A stretch of DNA of 64,000 nt from Haliotis rubra (Eukaryota), in NCBI RefSeq assembly GCF_003918875.1, contig NW_025766997.1:620001-684000 (forward strand), read 5' to 3'. The position numbers and the translations under genes were made by a program. Under the pieces are notes generated by a model, which saw nothing but the letters and a program-made list of their open reading frames with translations, searched no databases and was not told the origin of the DNA. Of the stretch, positions 1 to 12,890 are shown piece after piece; positions within the stretch are counted from its first letter, which is position 1; each line of letters opens with the position of its first letter.

Positions 1-711
1 CACGATTGTTTGTTTACCTTGTATTATGTTTTTACCAAAAAAGGTTTAAAAGTGTATTACTAACAACGGAATCGCTTCCATATGTCTAAAGTCTGCAACT
101 GTGAAATGCATGTGTTTTCAAAGAAACCTCTACACTAGCATGATCTTGAAAAGTCCTTAAATTTCAGACAATGCCATCTAGGTTCAACCAATCTAGTCAA
201 CATCCTAGCAGACATTTTCTTATAATTACAATTAATTGGACATAAACTTTCATCTGCCGTTTTTTCCAAATTCCTACGCCAGGTTGAGGCTCCGAACATC
301 GTTACACCTTTTAACCATAAGGCATATTTCATCATGGTCTGTTTTGAGCCGATTTTTTTCCTCATTAGGAAACATTAAGATGGAGTCTACCAAATTTATA
401 TGCCGCTTTACGTTGACATGCATCAGGTCAAAGAGTAATACGCTAATTATTTCATCTGATTGGGTCTGAGTAAACATGGCTTTCTCCTTAGCTGGAGAGA
501 GAAAAACGTAAATTTCAAAGAATCGGTGTCAGTTTAGCTGACAAGCAGTGTCTGGGTGTACTTGTATTTATCTGAATAATGTCTGATGTCTGCAAGTGGA
601 GAGGTTTGTTTCCTCATGGATATTAGTTGGTTGAAATATACAAGGCCCCCATACAGGTGTTCTAGTACCTTAATCCCAGACATGTACATTAATTACAAAT
701 CTTGATTTTAT

Positions 712-955
712 TTTTTTTATTTCAGTGTAAATTTGAAAATAATTGTTATTTAAGAAAACAGAAATTCATAGCTCCACAAATTAAATGATATTAAGTACTG
801 GTCAAAAGTTAAATCTTACGTCCACAGCAAGTAATTATCATTAATTACATTATTTTTTTTTTCCAGTGTAAATAATTTGAAAATAATTATTCTCAAAAAA
901 ATGTGTGTGTTTTTTATAGCTCAATGTATTAAATTATATTAAGTTCTGGTCAAAT
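712..955. repeat. Diverged ~145-bp tandem duplication
   Basis: Two copies of T-run-CAGTGTAAAT...TTTGAAAATAATT...ATAGCTC...TATTAAGT.CTGGTCAAA. Confidence 0.6.
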
Positions 956-1279
956 ATTCTGTAAACTGTTTAGAACTATATTGATGGAGATTGAGCTCAT
1001 CTACGACTAGTATACTTCACATCTCTGTTGTGAATATGTCTACTTGATGCAAGGTCCTTTCATATGTCGGGAATATTTCTCTAGACAGATGAAGAGCCTA
1101 CTAACCCTGTCAGCACTAACCAATGAAGAAACTCCTAACTGATGAAAATAATTTTCTTGTTTGTTTGAAAATAGGTGATGAAAATAAAGACAAACTTGCT
1201 CCTTCATTGAAAATGACAGTATACTGACTCAGCATAATAAACCAAAGCTTGCAATGATTACATATCCTCTTGAACTTAA

Positions 1280-2978
1280 AGGCACAATGTCACACCACAC
1301 TTCTCTAAACATACATAATGCATTTCTCTCAATAATACTAACTATCAACCCTCAGGGAAGCTACCATATAACTTATTCCAAAACAAAATTACCTATTAAG
1401 ATTACAATATTAAATTAAAAAGTTCAAACGAATTAATGCAACGTTGCATTAAATCGACTCTCGCACTCTCTACCGGCCGAACATTATTTCAAGCGAACAC
1501 CATAGAGTTATGTCCCTTTGATCGCTCTTTACGAATATCCTATGCACAACTATAATGGAAAACAATTCGGCAAACACAGAGAACAATGCATGTGACAGTT
1601 TTCGATGTATGGAGAAATTCTTTACATTCATTATATGGCAAGTGTTATCTGTTTGGAAGCTGTTCGTCTCGAAGTTTCAGTTATCGATTTCAGGCAAGTC
1701 ATAAGGCATCAATAAAAAGCTAAAGTGAGTGCATATGCCCCTAATATATAAAATGTACCGTATATGACTACTATAAGCCGAATTTTGAGGACCAAAAAAA
1801 GCAGTCTGTAGAAGGCGGTCGTCTTATCCATGGGTTACGTTTTCGGCAAACTTTTTCCCAGGGGTAAGAAAACAACATCGTATCACTTCACGTGAACAAA
1901 CAACAGAAGACAACTTTGTCAGTAGAGACGTCAAATTTGCAATTAAACATCACTAGACAAGATTAGTTACCTTTTAAGTTATAAGTTGTTTTTGCTGGGC
2001 ATTGTATTATTTGCAGGGATTAAGATTACCGTGTGTATCTGAGCCGGAAATAGCAATCAGCTGTGCACACGTTTCCCGGCGAACAAGTTCAAACATGCAC
2101 AATAATATAACGGGACGAATTCTGACGCAGTCATCAGTAAAATATAATACAGAATACTATTATTTAACCCAAAGAAATATATCCTAGCATTGTGTAATTT
2201 TAGTTACAGTTTTTGCTCTATATATTAATTAAGATTAAGATTACCGTGTGTATTTGAGCCGGAAATAGCAATCAGCTGTGCACACGTTTCCCGGCGAACA
2301 AGTTCAAACATGCACAATAATACAATGGGATGAAATCTGACGCAGTCGTCAGTAATATATAATACAGAATACTATTATTTAACCCAAAGAAATATATCCT
2401 AGCATTACGTAATTTTGATTACAGTTTTTATGTAAAATATATATAATCAACACTAAGGTTATACAGACCCTCATGAACGTGGTAAGCAGAAGTTGTACGC
2501 ACATGGAATGGGGTAAAATACGGAAGCCATTTAAATTCACACATTTTTACCGATGTTACTGTAAACTAGCAGTCAATGGAAAACGAGGCTGTAATCAGTT
2601 TGTGATTGTTGAATGGGGTAAAATAAGCAAGCCAGTTTGTTGCTACAATAAATATGATATTTAGAGAAGTAAAATATATTATGCATTTTCTGTCAACTAC
2701 ACTTCGTTTCGATCCGTGAGTAGACACAATATATATGACTGTGAATTCTTTGAATAATGTGGACCAAAGTTATAATTATTGGTAACTGCCAGTTGTCTGT
2801 GGTCTGTGTTTGCCGCGATTAGGACCCCATCGCGGGGGATCGACTTATGCACGAAACATACCATTTTGACACTGATTTTAAGGGTCAAGTTTGGGGGTCG
2901 TCTTATCCATGGGGTCGTCTTATAGACGGTCATATACGGTAGGCCAAAATATTGTTGAAAATGTGTGACATTGTGCCT
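1280..2978. mobile_element. Non-autonomous DNA transposon, Kolobok-like
   Basis: Perfect 16-bp TIR AGGCACAATGTCACAC (1280-1295) / GTGTGACATTGTGCCT (2963-2978); TTAA on the left, degenerate TCAG on the right. Confidence 0.7.
1758..2939. mobile_element. Tc1/mariner (Tc2/pogo-like) non-autonomous element nested in the Kolobok-like element
   Basis: TA|CCGTATATGAC...TATAAG and CTTATAGACGGTCATATACGG|TA termini with TA TSD; subterminal GGTCGTCTTAT motifs; internal ~215-bp tandem duplication (starts 2018 and 2233). Confidence 0.8.
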
Positions 2979-3771
2979 TCAGGTGTTCCGCAATATCTGG
3001 AAAAACTCATTTCAAATACGAAAGAGTCACCCTTTTAAAATTTATATGAAGCTGTTCCCTGATAGGTCATATTTTTGTAACCTCTATGTCAAGGGGTCTA
3101 ATTGGATGTAAAGAGTTGTGCCCCTTGACTGTGTCAGGATTCATTAATTGTAAGTTGAAATTACAGCTTGCTACCCATGGATTGTCATCACCAGTACCTA
3201 TGAGTTTCAGTTAAGAGGTAACCACCAATAATTTGTTTGTCCATGGATTTACTGCCACATTTTACTGACTTGCCTCGACATGACTGAGTCACTGTTCAAA
3301 GGCATGTTAAACCTCAGTGAGTTACTAACTGCCTCGCAACAAACTTCAAACTCCTTTATATTCTTATCAGACACCATTCCTGATACCAATCACATGTGAT
3401 TTGTTTACAAACACAACACATACCAATACATAGAATATACAAACAATTTCTCTTTGTTTACTCTGTCGCTTATCTCATAGGTGCTAAAATTCCCACTTAA
3501 GCAACAATAACACTGCATGGAGCTTAAACCATTAAGTTTATCTCACATCTTACCTTTGTTTACAAATGGTACTTAGTGGAAGTGTAAAGAGCTTTGGTTC
3601 ATTTGTGAAGAAACTAAACATACATGGTTACCATTATCGACATGATCAGGAATTTTAACAAGTTGACCCTGCCATGCAAGGAATTAGATATTTACACAGA
3701 GCTCTGATGGGTGCCATTTCTGGTATCATTATTTGATAGTGATTCATAAACACATATTTATTATAAAGTCA

Positions 3772-3929
3772 GGGGGTTTGGGTAGCCTAGTGGTTAAATT
3801 GTTCGTTGTCACACCAAAGACCCAGGTTCTATTCCCCACATGGGTACAATGTGTGAAACCCATTTCTGGTGTCCTTGCCGTGATATTGCTGGAATATTGC
3901 TAAAAGCAGTGTAAACCATACTCACTCAC
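3772..3929 (+). mobile_element. tRNA-derived SINE family A
   Basis: A-box TAGCCTAGTGG, B-box-like GGTTCTATTCC, body ATGGGTACAATGTGTGAA.CCCATTTCTGGTGTCC, tail GATATTGCTGGAATATTGCTAAAAG...CTCACTCAC. Confidence 0.85.
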
Positions 3930-4104
3930 AATTACGCGATAAACTTAATTTTTTTATAATAATATTAATTCACAATGTGAAAATATTTGTGTCACTTTCA
4001 TGTATTTTGAAAATTTCAGACTCACTGGATCTGCTCAGCATGATCACTTTTCAACTAAAACGGTTAATAACAAACTTGGTTCCTCGATATTCAAAGTGTG
4101 CCAT

Positions 4105-4453
4105 GTACCAACAGAATGTACCCACAGAATGTACCCACAGGATGTACCCACAGGATGTACCCTCAGCATATACCCACTCAGTGCACCCAATGAATGATCT
4201 CACAGAATGTACCCATTCAATGTATCCACTCACTGTACCAACAGAATGTAACCAGTCACTGTACCCACTCTATGTACCCACTCAATGTACCCCCACTCAT
4301 TGTACCCCTTCAATGTATCCACTCAGTGTACCAACTCAATGTATCCACTCAATGTACCCGCTCAGTGTACCCACTCATTGTACCAACTCATTGTACCCAC
4401 TCAATGTACCCCCACTCAATGTACCCACTCAGTGTACCCACTCAATGTCCCTA
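4105..4453. repeat. 13-bp minisatellite (ATGTACCCACTCA)n, left part
   Basis: Tandem degenerate 13-mers that resume at 9189 after the transposon. Confidence 0.95.
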
Positions 4454-5379
4454 CCCAGCGGGCACACAACGTTGAATCAACGTTGAATCAACGTTGAATT
4501 TTGGTTGTTTGGTTGATCAACCTTTCATAAACGTTGATTCAACGTTTATCATGCGACCAAAGAAAGTTAGTCGAGATTCGTTTAGTTGTCAACGTTGTTT
4601 CAACGTAAGGAACCAACAAAATGTCAACTAATTGTTTCCTTGGCAAATTTGATACATAATTCATGTTGGTAATAGGTATCCAACTTAGCAACTATCATTT
4701 CGGAACATTATTTTCATAAAAGATCAAGATCGAGCTAGTGACAGATATAATCTTATATATTATTTGATTGTGCATCGATCAACGGACGGAAATATTACGT
4801 AAATCGCAGTTTTATGTATAAAGTCATCAGTTATCCAAATTGCATTACATTTGATATTTTCCCACAAAACTGTGAAAATTGTATAATTCCCGACAATTTG
4901 CTTTCAAACACAAGCCAGATGTTGACCTTCGATCGCCTCGTTTGGCCATATCCGACATGCGCACAATTATCGAGTCCGCAAAGGCAGCTGATCGTTGTCA
5001 GTTCACTTTGGCGAAGTTCAACTCAATATCGTTCTATTTTCACCATCTTCACGGCATGCTGGTGTTTATTTGGTAAGTATGTCCTTCATGTATAATGAAA
5101 ATGTAGGAATGCCGTTTAAATCTAGCAGTAGCAAGAAACTCCGAATTAGGGCTCATGTTTTATCTCACAAGGTTACCGGTATGTCACAGTACATGTTTCT
5201 CAAAATTTAGTGGATGCCCGTGTTTTCCATGAACTTGTTTTGTTATTTTTCAATATATTTGCATGCATATATTTGGCATTTTATTATATAATCGAATAAG
5301 ATTTCCTTTCGTACCCATCACCTGATTTGAATTTTGCAAATATACATTTTCAAATAATCAATGAAGTACATCAATATAA

Positions 5380-5668
5380 GGAACCGTTCATAATTAAATA
5401 TATGGCTGCGGGTGGGGGTGATGATTGTAAGGGTTGGAGGGTGGGGTGGGGTGTCACCCATTTTGTTCAGGGGAGCTAAGGGGTCAGCATTTTTGTACAC
5501 ACGCACTATGTTTAGAAATTATGGGAAGGGGAGAGGCGTCATAGATAATGTACATGACATGCAGGGTGGGCGTCTCTTATTCTGTACATACTCATACACT
5601 TTAGAGTGTAATTCACATTGTACATAAAAATCAACATCACCCCAAAGCCATACATTATGAGCGATCCC
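5380..5668. mobile_element. PIF/Harbinger-like MITE nested in the CACTA element
   Basis: 15-bp imperfect TIR GGAACCGTTCATAAT / ATTATGAGCGATCCC with TAA on both sides (5377-5379, 5669-5671). Confidence 0.65.
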
Positions 5669-6132
5669 TAAGGGCTATACAAAATCGGATAGGATTAATC
5701 AACATTTTATATTACATCCCATTATTATGAACATTTGTTCGTTTGAATAGATCTATCAGTAAATGATGCATTGAGCACGCCCTGAACCCTGTCAACATAT
5801 GTATATTATTGGGGGAAGGGGGTGGTGGAGAATGGCGTAAGGAAATGCAACGAAAATGTTCACTTTAAAATGTCTTGTGAAAGTCTTTGAAGGATGAAAT
5901 TGTATATAGTTTATTTGAACTTTTATATATTTGCAAAAAGTGTAACTTCACTAATGATTCTTTGATGGGACAATTAACAAAACTGCACCCACAGACTTTC
6001 ATTCTTACACTTGTTTGGAAGGGATATGATAATTCATGTCTCGTAAAGGTTAAAATCTTACATACAAAAGAAGTAATTTTAATGTAAGGAACATTTAATT
6101 ATGAAATAAGATTATTTTAATGTAATTTGCAG

Positions 6133-8121
6133 AAATCTCATCTTCGTAGACTGGGTGGCAGCAATTTTTGTGGATCACATAAAAGGAGCAAGGCTAAGGT
6201 AACACGTTTTTAACATTTCACTTGTTTCCAGTATATCCACCACAAAGTTTAAGAGAAAGATGATAATGCTCTTTCATTACCACCTGTTTTGAATATTTGT
6301 GATAATGTTTGGTCTTTTTTGGTGATAAAAGTTGGTCTTTATTTTCATTTATATATTAAGGTTGATCATTTAAGAGAAAAAATTGACAAAGATTTCTGCC
6401 GGAGATGTTTAGTTTAATGAACACTCCCTTGCTTGGCCATATTGTTTTTCACCCGTAAACAGCTGGATGCAAGATAGCACGAGAGGACAGAAGTCATTCA
6501 TTTATAGATATATAGAGATGTTTATTGCTGGGAAACACACCCTTCAGGTATTTGGTCAGCTGTAGAATTTGAATATGATGTTTTTTATTATTGTCAAAGG
6601 GTAGGTTTTTCATTATTTGCAATCTAATATGTGTGCAGTGAAACATACTGAGATTTTGAAGAGTCCATTATTTAAAGTACAGGTGTTGTTAGATAACAGC
6701 ATTTTATGTACATGTTCCTTGTTAAGATCATCTATCGAGGTATATTAGAGAGAAGGTGTATATTTGTAGTGTTTTAAATCAGAGTTATTTTCAGTGTATG
6801 ACCTACATTTCAATATGTTTTGGCCACCTGTGTCCCTTTGGTCAAATAGAGTAGGACTTCCATTTCTTGGAATTGAGAGTCAGAGATGCACTGTTTCCAA
6901 GAATTTAGGTATTGTGCCAGCGATGTTTGTTTACTGAGTACATTTAAGTCTTTTTGAGTGTAGATTGGAGTTGTAAGAGATGTTATTCAATGTCTTATTA
7001 TTCAGGGTATGATAGATTATTTCTGGCAATGTAGAGTTTAATCTCATTATTTTATTGTTCATGATTCAGAGAAGCATAGTTATGACGTCATTGAATATAT
7101 GCTACACATAATTCATTATATGAGAGATTTTCTAAAGCGTTCCTATAAGAGATTAAGTGTAAACATTTATGAATTATAAAAAAGTTATTTATCTGAGTTT
7201 TATGAGTGTACAAATGACAAAGAGAGAGAGAGTAGATAATAGATAATATATTGCATACTTATGAGAGCTCATTATTGTTTTCAGAACTCCATGATCCATA
7301 CTTCCTTGTGTTTGGGAACAAATGGTGTTGGGAGACCTCCCACAATAGACTTGTTCTTTGACCTGTGAACCACCACCCATTTTGTTTTCTTATCATTTAA
7401 TGTAAAATGGCTTTTGTTACAATTTATGACTCCTGTTAGCAAAATTGCTACATCAGTTCAACTCCTATTAATTTGAAATAATCATTTCGAGAATCTCTAA
7501 AGAAAACTAAATCTGACAGAATAACAACAATCTTCCATTGTTTTGCAGGACAATGTCAAACAATTTGATGTCAAGAATGAATGTTGATGGGCAAAGCGGC
7601 AAGTTTTCTTTTAAGAATACAAGGTTGTATTCAATCATCTCTGGTAAGTTAATTACCAAGTGCAGCATTTTAGGTCATGACCATAGCAAATAATATATGA
7701 CAGTAAAGCATCGTCTAATTCATCCTATCGGTAATTCATAGTCTAATTAAATAATCAACTTGCAATTGAGGATTTTCTTTGAAAATGTTTAAGAAAACTT
7801 CCATTCCTTCGGTTGAAAATATAAATTGTTTACACTTTTCGTCATATTTTGTATTGATGCTGTTCATATGTTCACATGCCAAGTTACAGCAGTGAAATGA
7901 ACCTTTCAAGTGATTGATTAAACAAATACTTGAATCATTTAAGACAATATATCTTCCATATAACTTATTCATGTATTTAAATATAAAATTTCAGAATGTG
8001 TCCTATCTCAAAGGGAATGAGATGGGAATGCATCGAAAGCAATTTCAAGAAAGAGTTAGGAGCGTTTCTGAAGTATCCACCTGACCGCCAGGCAGGGAGT
8101 GGCAAAACGAAGAGGAGCTGA
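6133..8121 (+). pseudogene. Spliced DUF4806-like (CACTA accessory/TnpA-like) gene remnant; exons 6133-6198, 7549-7643, 7995-8121
   Basis: Canonical AG/GT borders. With one frameshift corrected in the first exon, and a stop/frameshift in the last, it reads KSHLRRLGGSNFVDHIKGARLRTMSNNLMSRMNVDGQSGKFSFKNTRLYSIISECVLSQR.../IESNFKKELGAFLKYPPDRQAGSGKTKRS*. This resembles the LGG..(M)xNxL..G..GK..F....L..LxxAxDR pattern of DUF4806 proteins. Confidence 0.7.
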
Positions 8122-8139
8122 TAATTGTGTTTTTGGAGT

Positions 8140-8232
8140 TGTAACTGTGTTGAAAAATCTGAACTGTGGTATTGAAATTGGTGGCGTAAATGTCACTTTG
8201 ATGCTATATGCAGATGATATTGTGTTATTAGA
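8140..8232 (+). pseudogene. Short non-LTR reverse transcriptase fragment (YADD motif)
   Basis: Translates to TVLKNLNCGIEIGGVNVTLMLYADDIVLL, the RT domain-5 signature GIxIGG...LLYADDIVLL. Confidence 0.75.
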
Positions 8233-8789
8233 ACAACAGAGATCACCTACAGACTATGGCATGTGTGATGTTTTACATTATGCATTAAACCATGTTTTCT
8301 GTGTGCGTGTGTGTTCATAAAGATTTCATGAAAAGTGACTTGTTTTATGTGCTGTCTTCAGGTATAGTTCCTGGTCATCTTGGATCCCTTTCATGGTGAA
8401 AGTAATTGCATTGTGTTTATTCAGGGGTCTGTCTAAGAGTTGAAATTCAGACAAAATGTCTTCTTGGGACAATTTTCACCTTTTCAAGGTAACAATACAA
8501 CAGTAAATAGTTTTTCTTAATTTGGAATACTCTTTTCTTCTTACTGGAATTATACGTCCAACTGACATAAAACTTAAATGAACATTATATTGAATGTGGA
8601 ATTTGAACCAAGTATTTTATCAGGTAAATATTTTTACTGCAATTTTCTGTTTGAACACTGTTTATTGCAGGTAGCTTTTGGGTATTTTAGCTGGATGCAG
8701 GAGTTTGGTGCTACTTTATTGTAGTTTAAAGATGAAGTCTGCGAGTCTATTTACAGGAAAGCGTAATACCTCCCAGACACAACCACGGA

Positions 8790-9170
8790 ACAACCCATTT
8801 TCAACCTTAATAATATGTCAGACTTCAACATTGATTCCGACGTCAGATATCTACGTCAAAAACTTTCATATACTGACCTGTTTTCAATCTATTTTCAACG
8901 TTGAGGATCAACCTATTCTCAACGTTGATAATCGGTCAAACTTCAACGTTGATTCCAAGTCGGATATCTACGTCAAAAAAACTTTCATATACAACCTATT
9001 TTCAATCTATTTTCAACGTTGAGGATCAACCTTTTTTAAACGTTGATAATCGGTCAAACTTCAACGTTGATTCCACGTCGGATATCTACGTCAAAAAAAC
9101 TTTCATATACAACCTATTTTCAATCTATTTTCAACGTTGAGGATCAACCTATTCTCAACGTTGAAACAAC
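8790..9170. repeat. 118-bp subterminal tandem repeat of the CACTA element (~3 units)
   Basis: TTTTCAATCT recurs at 8881, 8999 and 9117. Confidence 0.9.
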
Positions 9171-9188
9171 GTTGATGTGCCTGCTGGG

Positions 9189-10482
9189 TACTCAATGCAT
9201 CCACTCAATGTACTCACTCAATGTATCCACTAAGTGTACCCACTCAATGTACTCACTCAATGTACTCACTCAATGTATGTACCCAATGTCCCCACTCAAT
9301 GTATCTACAATGAACCCACTCAATGTATGTACCCGATGTACCCACTCAATGTATCCACTCAATGTACTCACTCAATGTATCCACTCAGTGTACCTACTCA
9401 ATGTACTCACTCAATGTACCCACTCAATGTATGTACCCAATGTCCCCACTCAATGTATCTATGTACCCGATGTACCCACTCAGTGTACCCACTCAATGGA
9501 TCTACTCAATGTCCCCACTCAATGTACTCACTCAATGTACCCACTCAGTGCATCCACTCAGTGTACTCACTCAATGTATCCACTCAGTGTACCCACTCAA
9601 TGTCCCCACTCAATGTACCCACTCAGTGTACCCACTCAATGTCCCCACTCAATGTACCCACTCAGTGTACCCACTCAATGTCCCCACTCAATGTACCCAC
9701 TCAGTGTACCCACTCAATGTCCCCACTCAATGCATCCACTCAATGTATCCACTCAGTGTACCCACTCAATGTACTCACTCAATGTACCCACTCAATGTAT
9801 GTACCCAATGTCCCCACTCAATGTATCTACAATGAACCCACTCAATGTATGTACCCACTCAGTGTACCCACTCAATGGATCCACTCAATGTCCCCACTCA
9901 ATGTATCCAGTCAATGTACCCACTCAATGTACCCCCACTCATTGTACCCCCTCAGTGTACCCACTCAATGTATCCACTCAGTGTATCCACTCAGTGTACC
10001 CTCCCAATGTACCCACTCAGTGTACCCACTCAATGTATCCACTCAGTGTACCCACTCAATGTACCCACTCAATATGTACCCACTCAATGTATCTACTCAA
10101 TGTACCCACTCAATGTATCCACTCAATGTATGTACCCAATGTCCCCACTCAATGTATCTACTCAATGTACCCACTCACTGTATCCACTCAATGTACTCAC
10201 TCGTGTACCCATTCAATGTACCCACTCAATGTCCCCACTCAATGTACTCACTCAATGTCCCCACTCAATGTATCTACTCAGTGTACCCACTCAATGTCCC
10301 AACTCAATGTACCCACTCAGTGTACCCACTCAATGTATGTACCCAATGTACCCACTCAGTGTACCCACTCATTGTACCCACTCAATGTACTCACTCAATG
10401 TAACCACTCAATGTATGTACCCAATGTACCCACTCAATGTATCCATTCAATGTACCCACTCAATGTACCCACTCAATGTACC
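9189..10482. repeat. 13-bp minisatellite (ATGTACCCACTCA)n, right part
   Basis: About 100 degenerate tandem units; source of the spurious 170-524 aa ORFs. Confidence 0.95.
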
Positions 10483-10776
10483 TACAGCATGTACGATATG
10501 TGCATGTACAATTGGCACACTCAAATCAAAGACAGCAGGCATATCAGCTTGTACAGTGCTAACTTAATATTCTTAAGTAGTATATATTGGTGTATGTGTT
10601 GTGCCATTACAAAATAATATATTGATGCGAGATACGAACTTAACTATTCCTAACTATCAGTCAGATCTATTAGCATCCATATGTGGATGTGTGGATAGAG
10701 TGTGTTTAGAGAAACTCTACCCCACTTCCTGCAAATGTAAAATGGTAAATGTCAAGATAAAAGGTATTACACTCAC

Positions 10777-11098
10777 CTGCACCAAATGCAAAGAAAAAGC
10801 TTTTCTTGGGATACTTTTTAAGAAGAGTCATCACTCGCTGCGACATCCTATGATTTCGTTTCACAATAAGTTCACTTCTAAAATACTGGTCAATACGTTT
10901 GGCTGTCTTTAACTGACTTGGCGGGAGAGATGAGTTCACCAGATTCGGCACCTGGGCCGTATCATGGTTAAATATAATGGAGTTCAAGTCTCCACAGTTA
11001 TAATGGTCTATTAGGTCTTCTGTGGTATACGGAACAGATCCTTTTGTGGTCCGATATGCTTCATGTTGGAACAGCGTCTGATTCAACGCAAACAAAAC
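10777..11098 (-). CDS. TRABD2: Internal coding exon of TIKI (TraB-domain metalloprotease, TRABD2A/B-like)
   Basis: Translation [107 protein letters not shown](G) matches TIKI motifs (VxFALNQTL, [16 protein letters not shown], KRNx[10 protein letters not shown]). Bounded on the minus strand by acceptor tttcag|GTT and donor GCAG|gtgagt; phase 0 in, phase 1 out. Confidence 0.95.
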
Positions 11099-12677
11099 CT
11101 GAAATAGAAGGAAAAATATTGTCAAAAAGGTTCTCAAGTGAGTGAGTGAGTGAATTTTAATGCTTCTTTCAACACTATTTCAGTTAAATCAAAGCCCATC
11201 AGTCAACATGTGACACAAAGTCAGGTAGAACATAGACATTGGCTACTTGAATGAAACATATGAGATTTGGTGAGTAAGTTTAGTTTTAAGTCACTTTTAT
11301 CAACATTCCAGCAATATTCACAGCAGTTCCATGTAGTATAGAATGGTATTGACAAAACAAAGACCAAAACTGTGATGAAACTGGAAGCTGAATCATTGAC
11401 AAGGTCATTTATGAAGAATTATTTTGAGGAGTAATACGGTAAAACATGGCCTCTGAAGCACAGGAAATGAGACTCAATTACCGGAATCTTTCTCAATTTA
11501 TGCTTTATGGTCTTTTGTCTTGAATATGGCTGTGTTGATCTCAAATTACACCAGTTCTGTCAGTTTTAATGCTTAGGACATCATTTAATAAGCATCAGCT
11601 TGTAGTATTTTTTAACACAAATATGGGAATACTGTTAATATTTTATTGCATCATCTCCCTCGACCTGTTAATTACTTATTCAAAGTATTTTTACACATAA
11701 AGATAAATGAAAGCGAATAACCAACTTCATCTATTTGATAAAACAGATTCTGTACAGTGTAAAATAGTTGTGAAAATTACAATATTAAAAATTAAAAAAT
11801 AAAAACAAGCTGCATCGCAATAACAGATACTGGTCTTTGATTAAGTTTGATGCTGTGACCCTTGGCAGGTTTAAGATGGTGGAACGTGGTTGCTTAGTCT
11901 GTAATATCTACAATTTCCAATAACATAAAATCATAAAACTTTGTCCATTTTCTCCATGGTATCGAACAGATCACCAATTCCTCATATCGTCTACATAGCC
12001 CAATGTTCATTTTGTCCACGGTAAACTTCCACAATATGAAAGGGCAAACAAATAGATTCAACCTACAAACCAGACCACAAACAGCACCATATTACCTTAA
12101 TAATAAAACGCTGCACGGAAACGGAATTATTGAGAGAATAAAACAGTCGCCATCAACGATTCTGGCATCTGCCATATGACTGTTTCCGTAAGTTCCAGAA
12201 AACAATTCGAAGGAAAATAAATAAAACAATTATCGTTATTGGACCACAACAAAAAATGCTCATAATGGCAGGAAATGGAGGTCATTTAGCACTAAAGGTC
12301 AGCCTTGGCATCCATCAGGAAAGATACCCAAACAATTAGTGGACAATAGCTCTGGTACACATAGCACTAAAGGCAGGGTGTAGGTCTAATAGATGGAATT
12401 TAACCATCAACATATGATTTTCTGGGGGCACGGTCATGTCAAAGCTGGTTTGGCACGTTCCAACCTTCATGAAAAAGAGGAGTAAATATTGAACAAAGTA
12501 CTTATGAATCTAGGGACGGTATGTCCCTGTTCACATACTGCTGTGTTGACAAGAGGTCTTTGAATCAGGCTGGTCAAACGTTGTGCCGATCCACTGACAC
12601 CTTGAACAACATTCTGGGTACACAATATGAGAGAGGGTGTCACAACTGTCACTTTTGTTAAGGATCAGTTTATAGAA

Positions 12678-12890
12678 TAATAATAATAATGTGTCCATTT
12701 ATATAGCGCCAAACTCCACACTAGGTATGCTCATAGCGCTAACAATCAAGGCCATTATTACCCCGGATAACCCAAGCTGCCTGTTAGGCGCTAGAAGGTT
12801 ATAGTCATATGACTTTTTTCCACCGGGTACCCATTTTCCTGCTGGGTGAACAGAGACGATTTTGAACAAACTCACTTGCCTAAGGTGAGA
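12678..12890 (-). mobile_element. Partial CORE-like SINE with L2-type tail
   Basis: Minus strand reads CTGTTCACCCAGCAGGAAAATGGGTACC ... GCGCTATATAAAT followed by (ATT)n; similar layout at 43794. Confidence 0.5.

Larger units (their letters stand above)
4454..9188 (+). mobile_element. CACTA/EnSpm-type (CMC) DNA transposon, decayed, 4735 bp
   Basis: TIR CCCAGCGGGCACACAACGTTG / CAACGTTGATGTGCCTGCTGGG; 2-bp TA TSD (4452-4453, 9189-9190); many subterminal TCAACGTTGA palindromes; 118-bp subterminal tandem unit near the right end; internal DUF4806-like exons. Confidence 0.85.

Noticed and set aside
274-492. Possible minus-strand exon after a strong acceptor (tttttctctctccag at ~493-507), phase-compatible with the TIKI exon
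   Set aside because: The peptide lacks the expected HFxGNN continuation and matches nothing I recognise.
2105-2140. CTGATGA on the minus strand as a hammerhead core
   Set aside because: No GAAA after the putative stem II, and the duplicate copy has CTGACGA.
6700-7150. Possible decayed L1/Tx1 ORF2 fragment on the minus strand (IP..WK-like)
   Set aside because: Too degenerate to support without a profile search.
9043-10617. 524-, 389- and 240-aa Cys/His/Pro-rich ORFs (also 3977-4497)
   Set aside because: All three frames are open because the 13-bp minisatellite lacks stops on this strand; no independent coding evidence.
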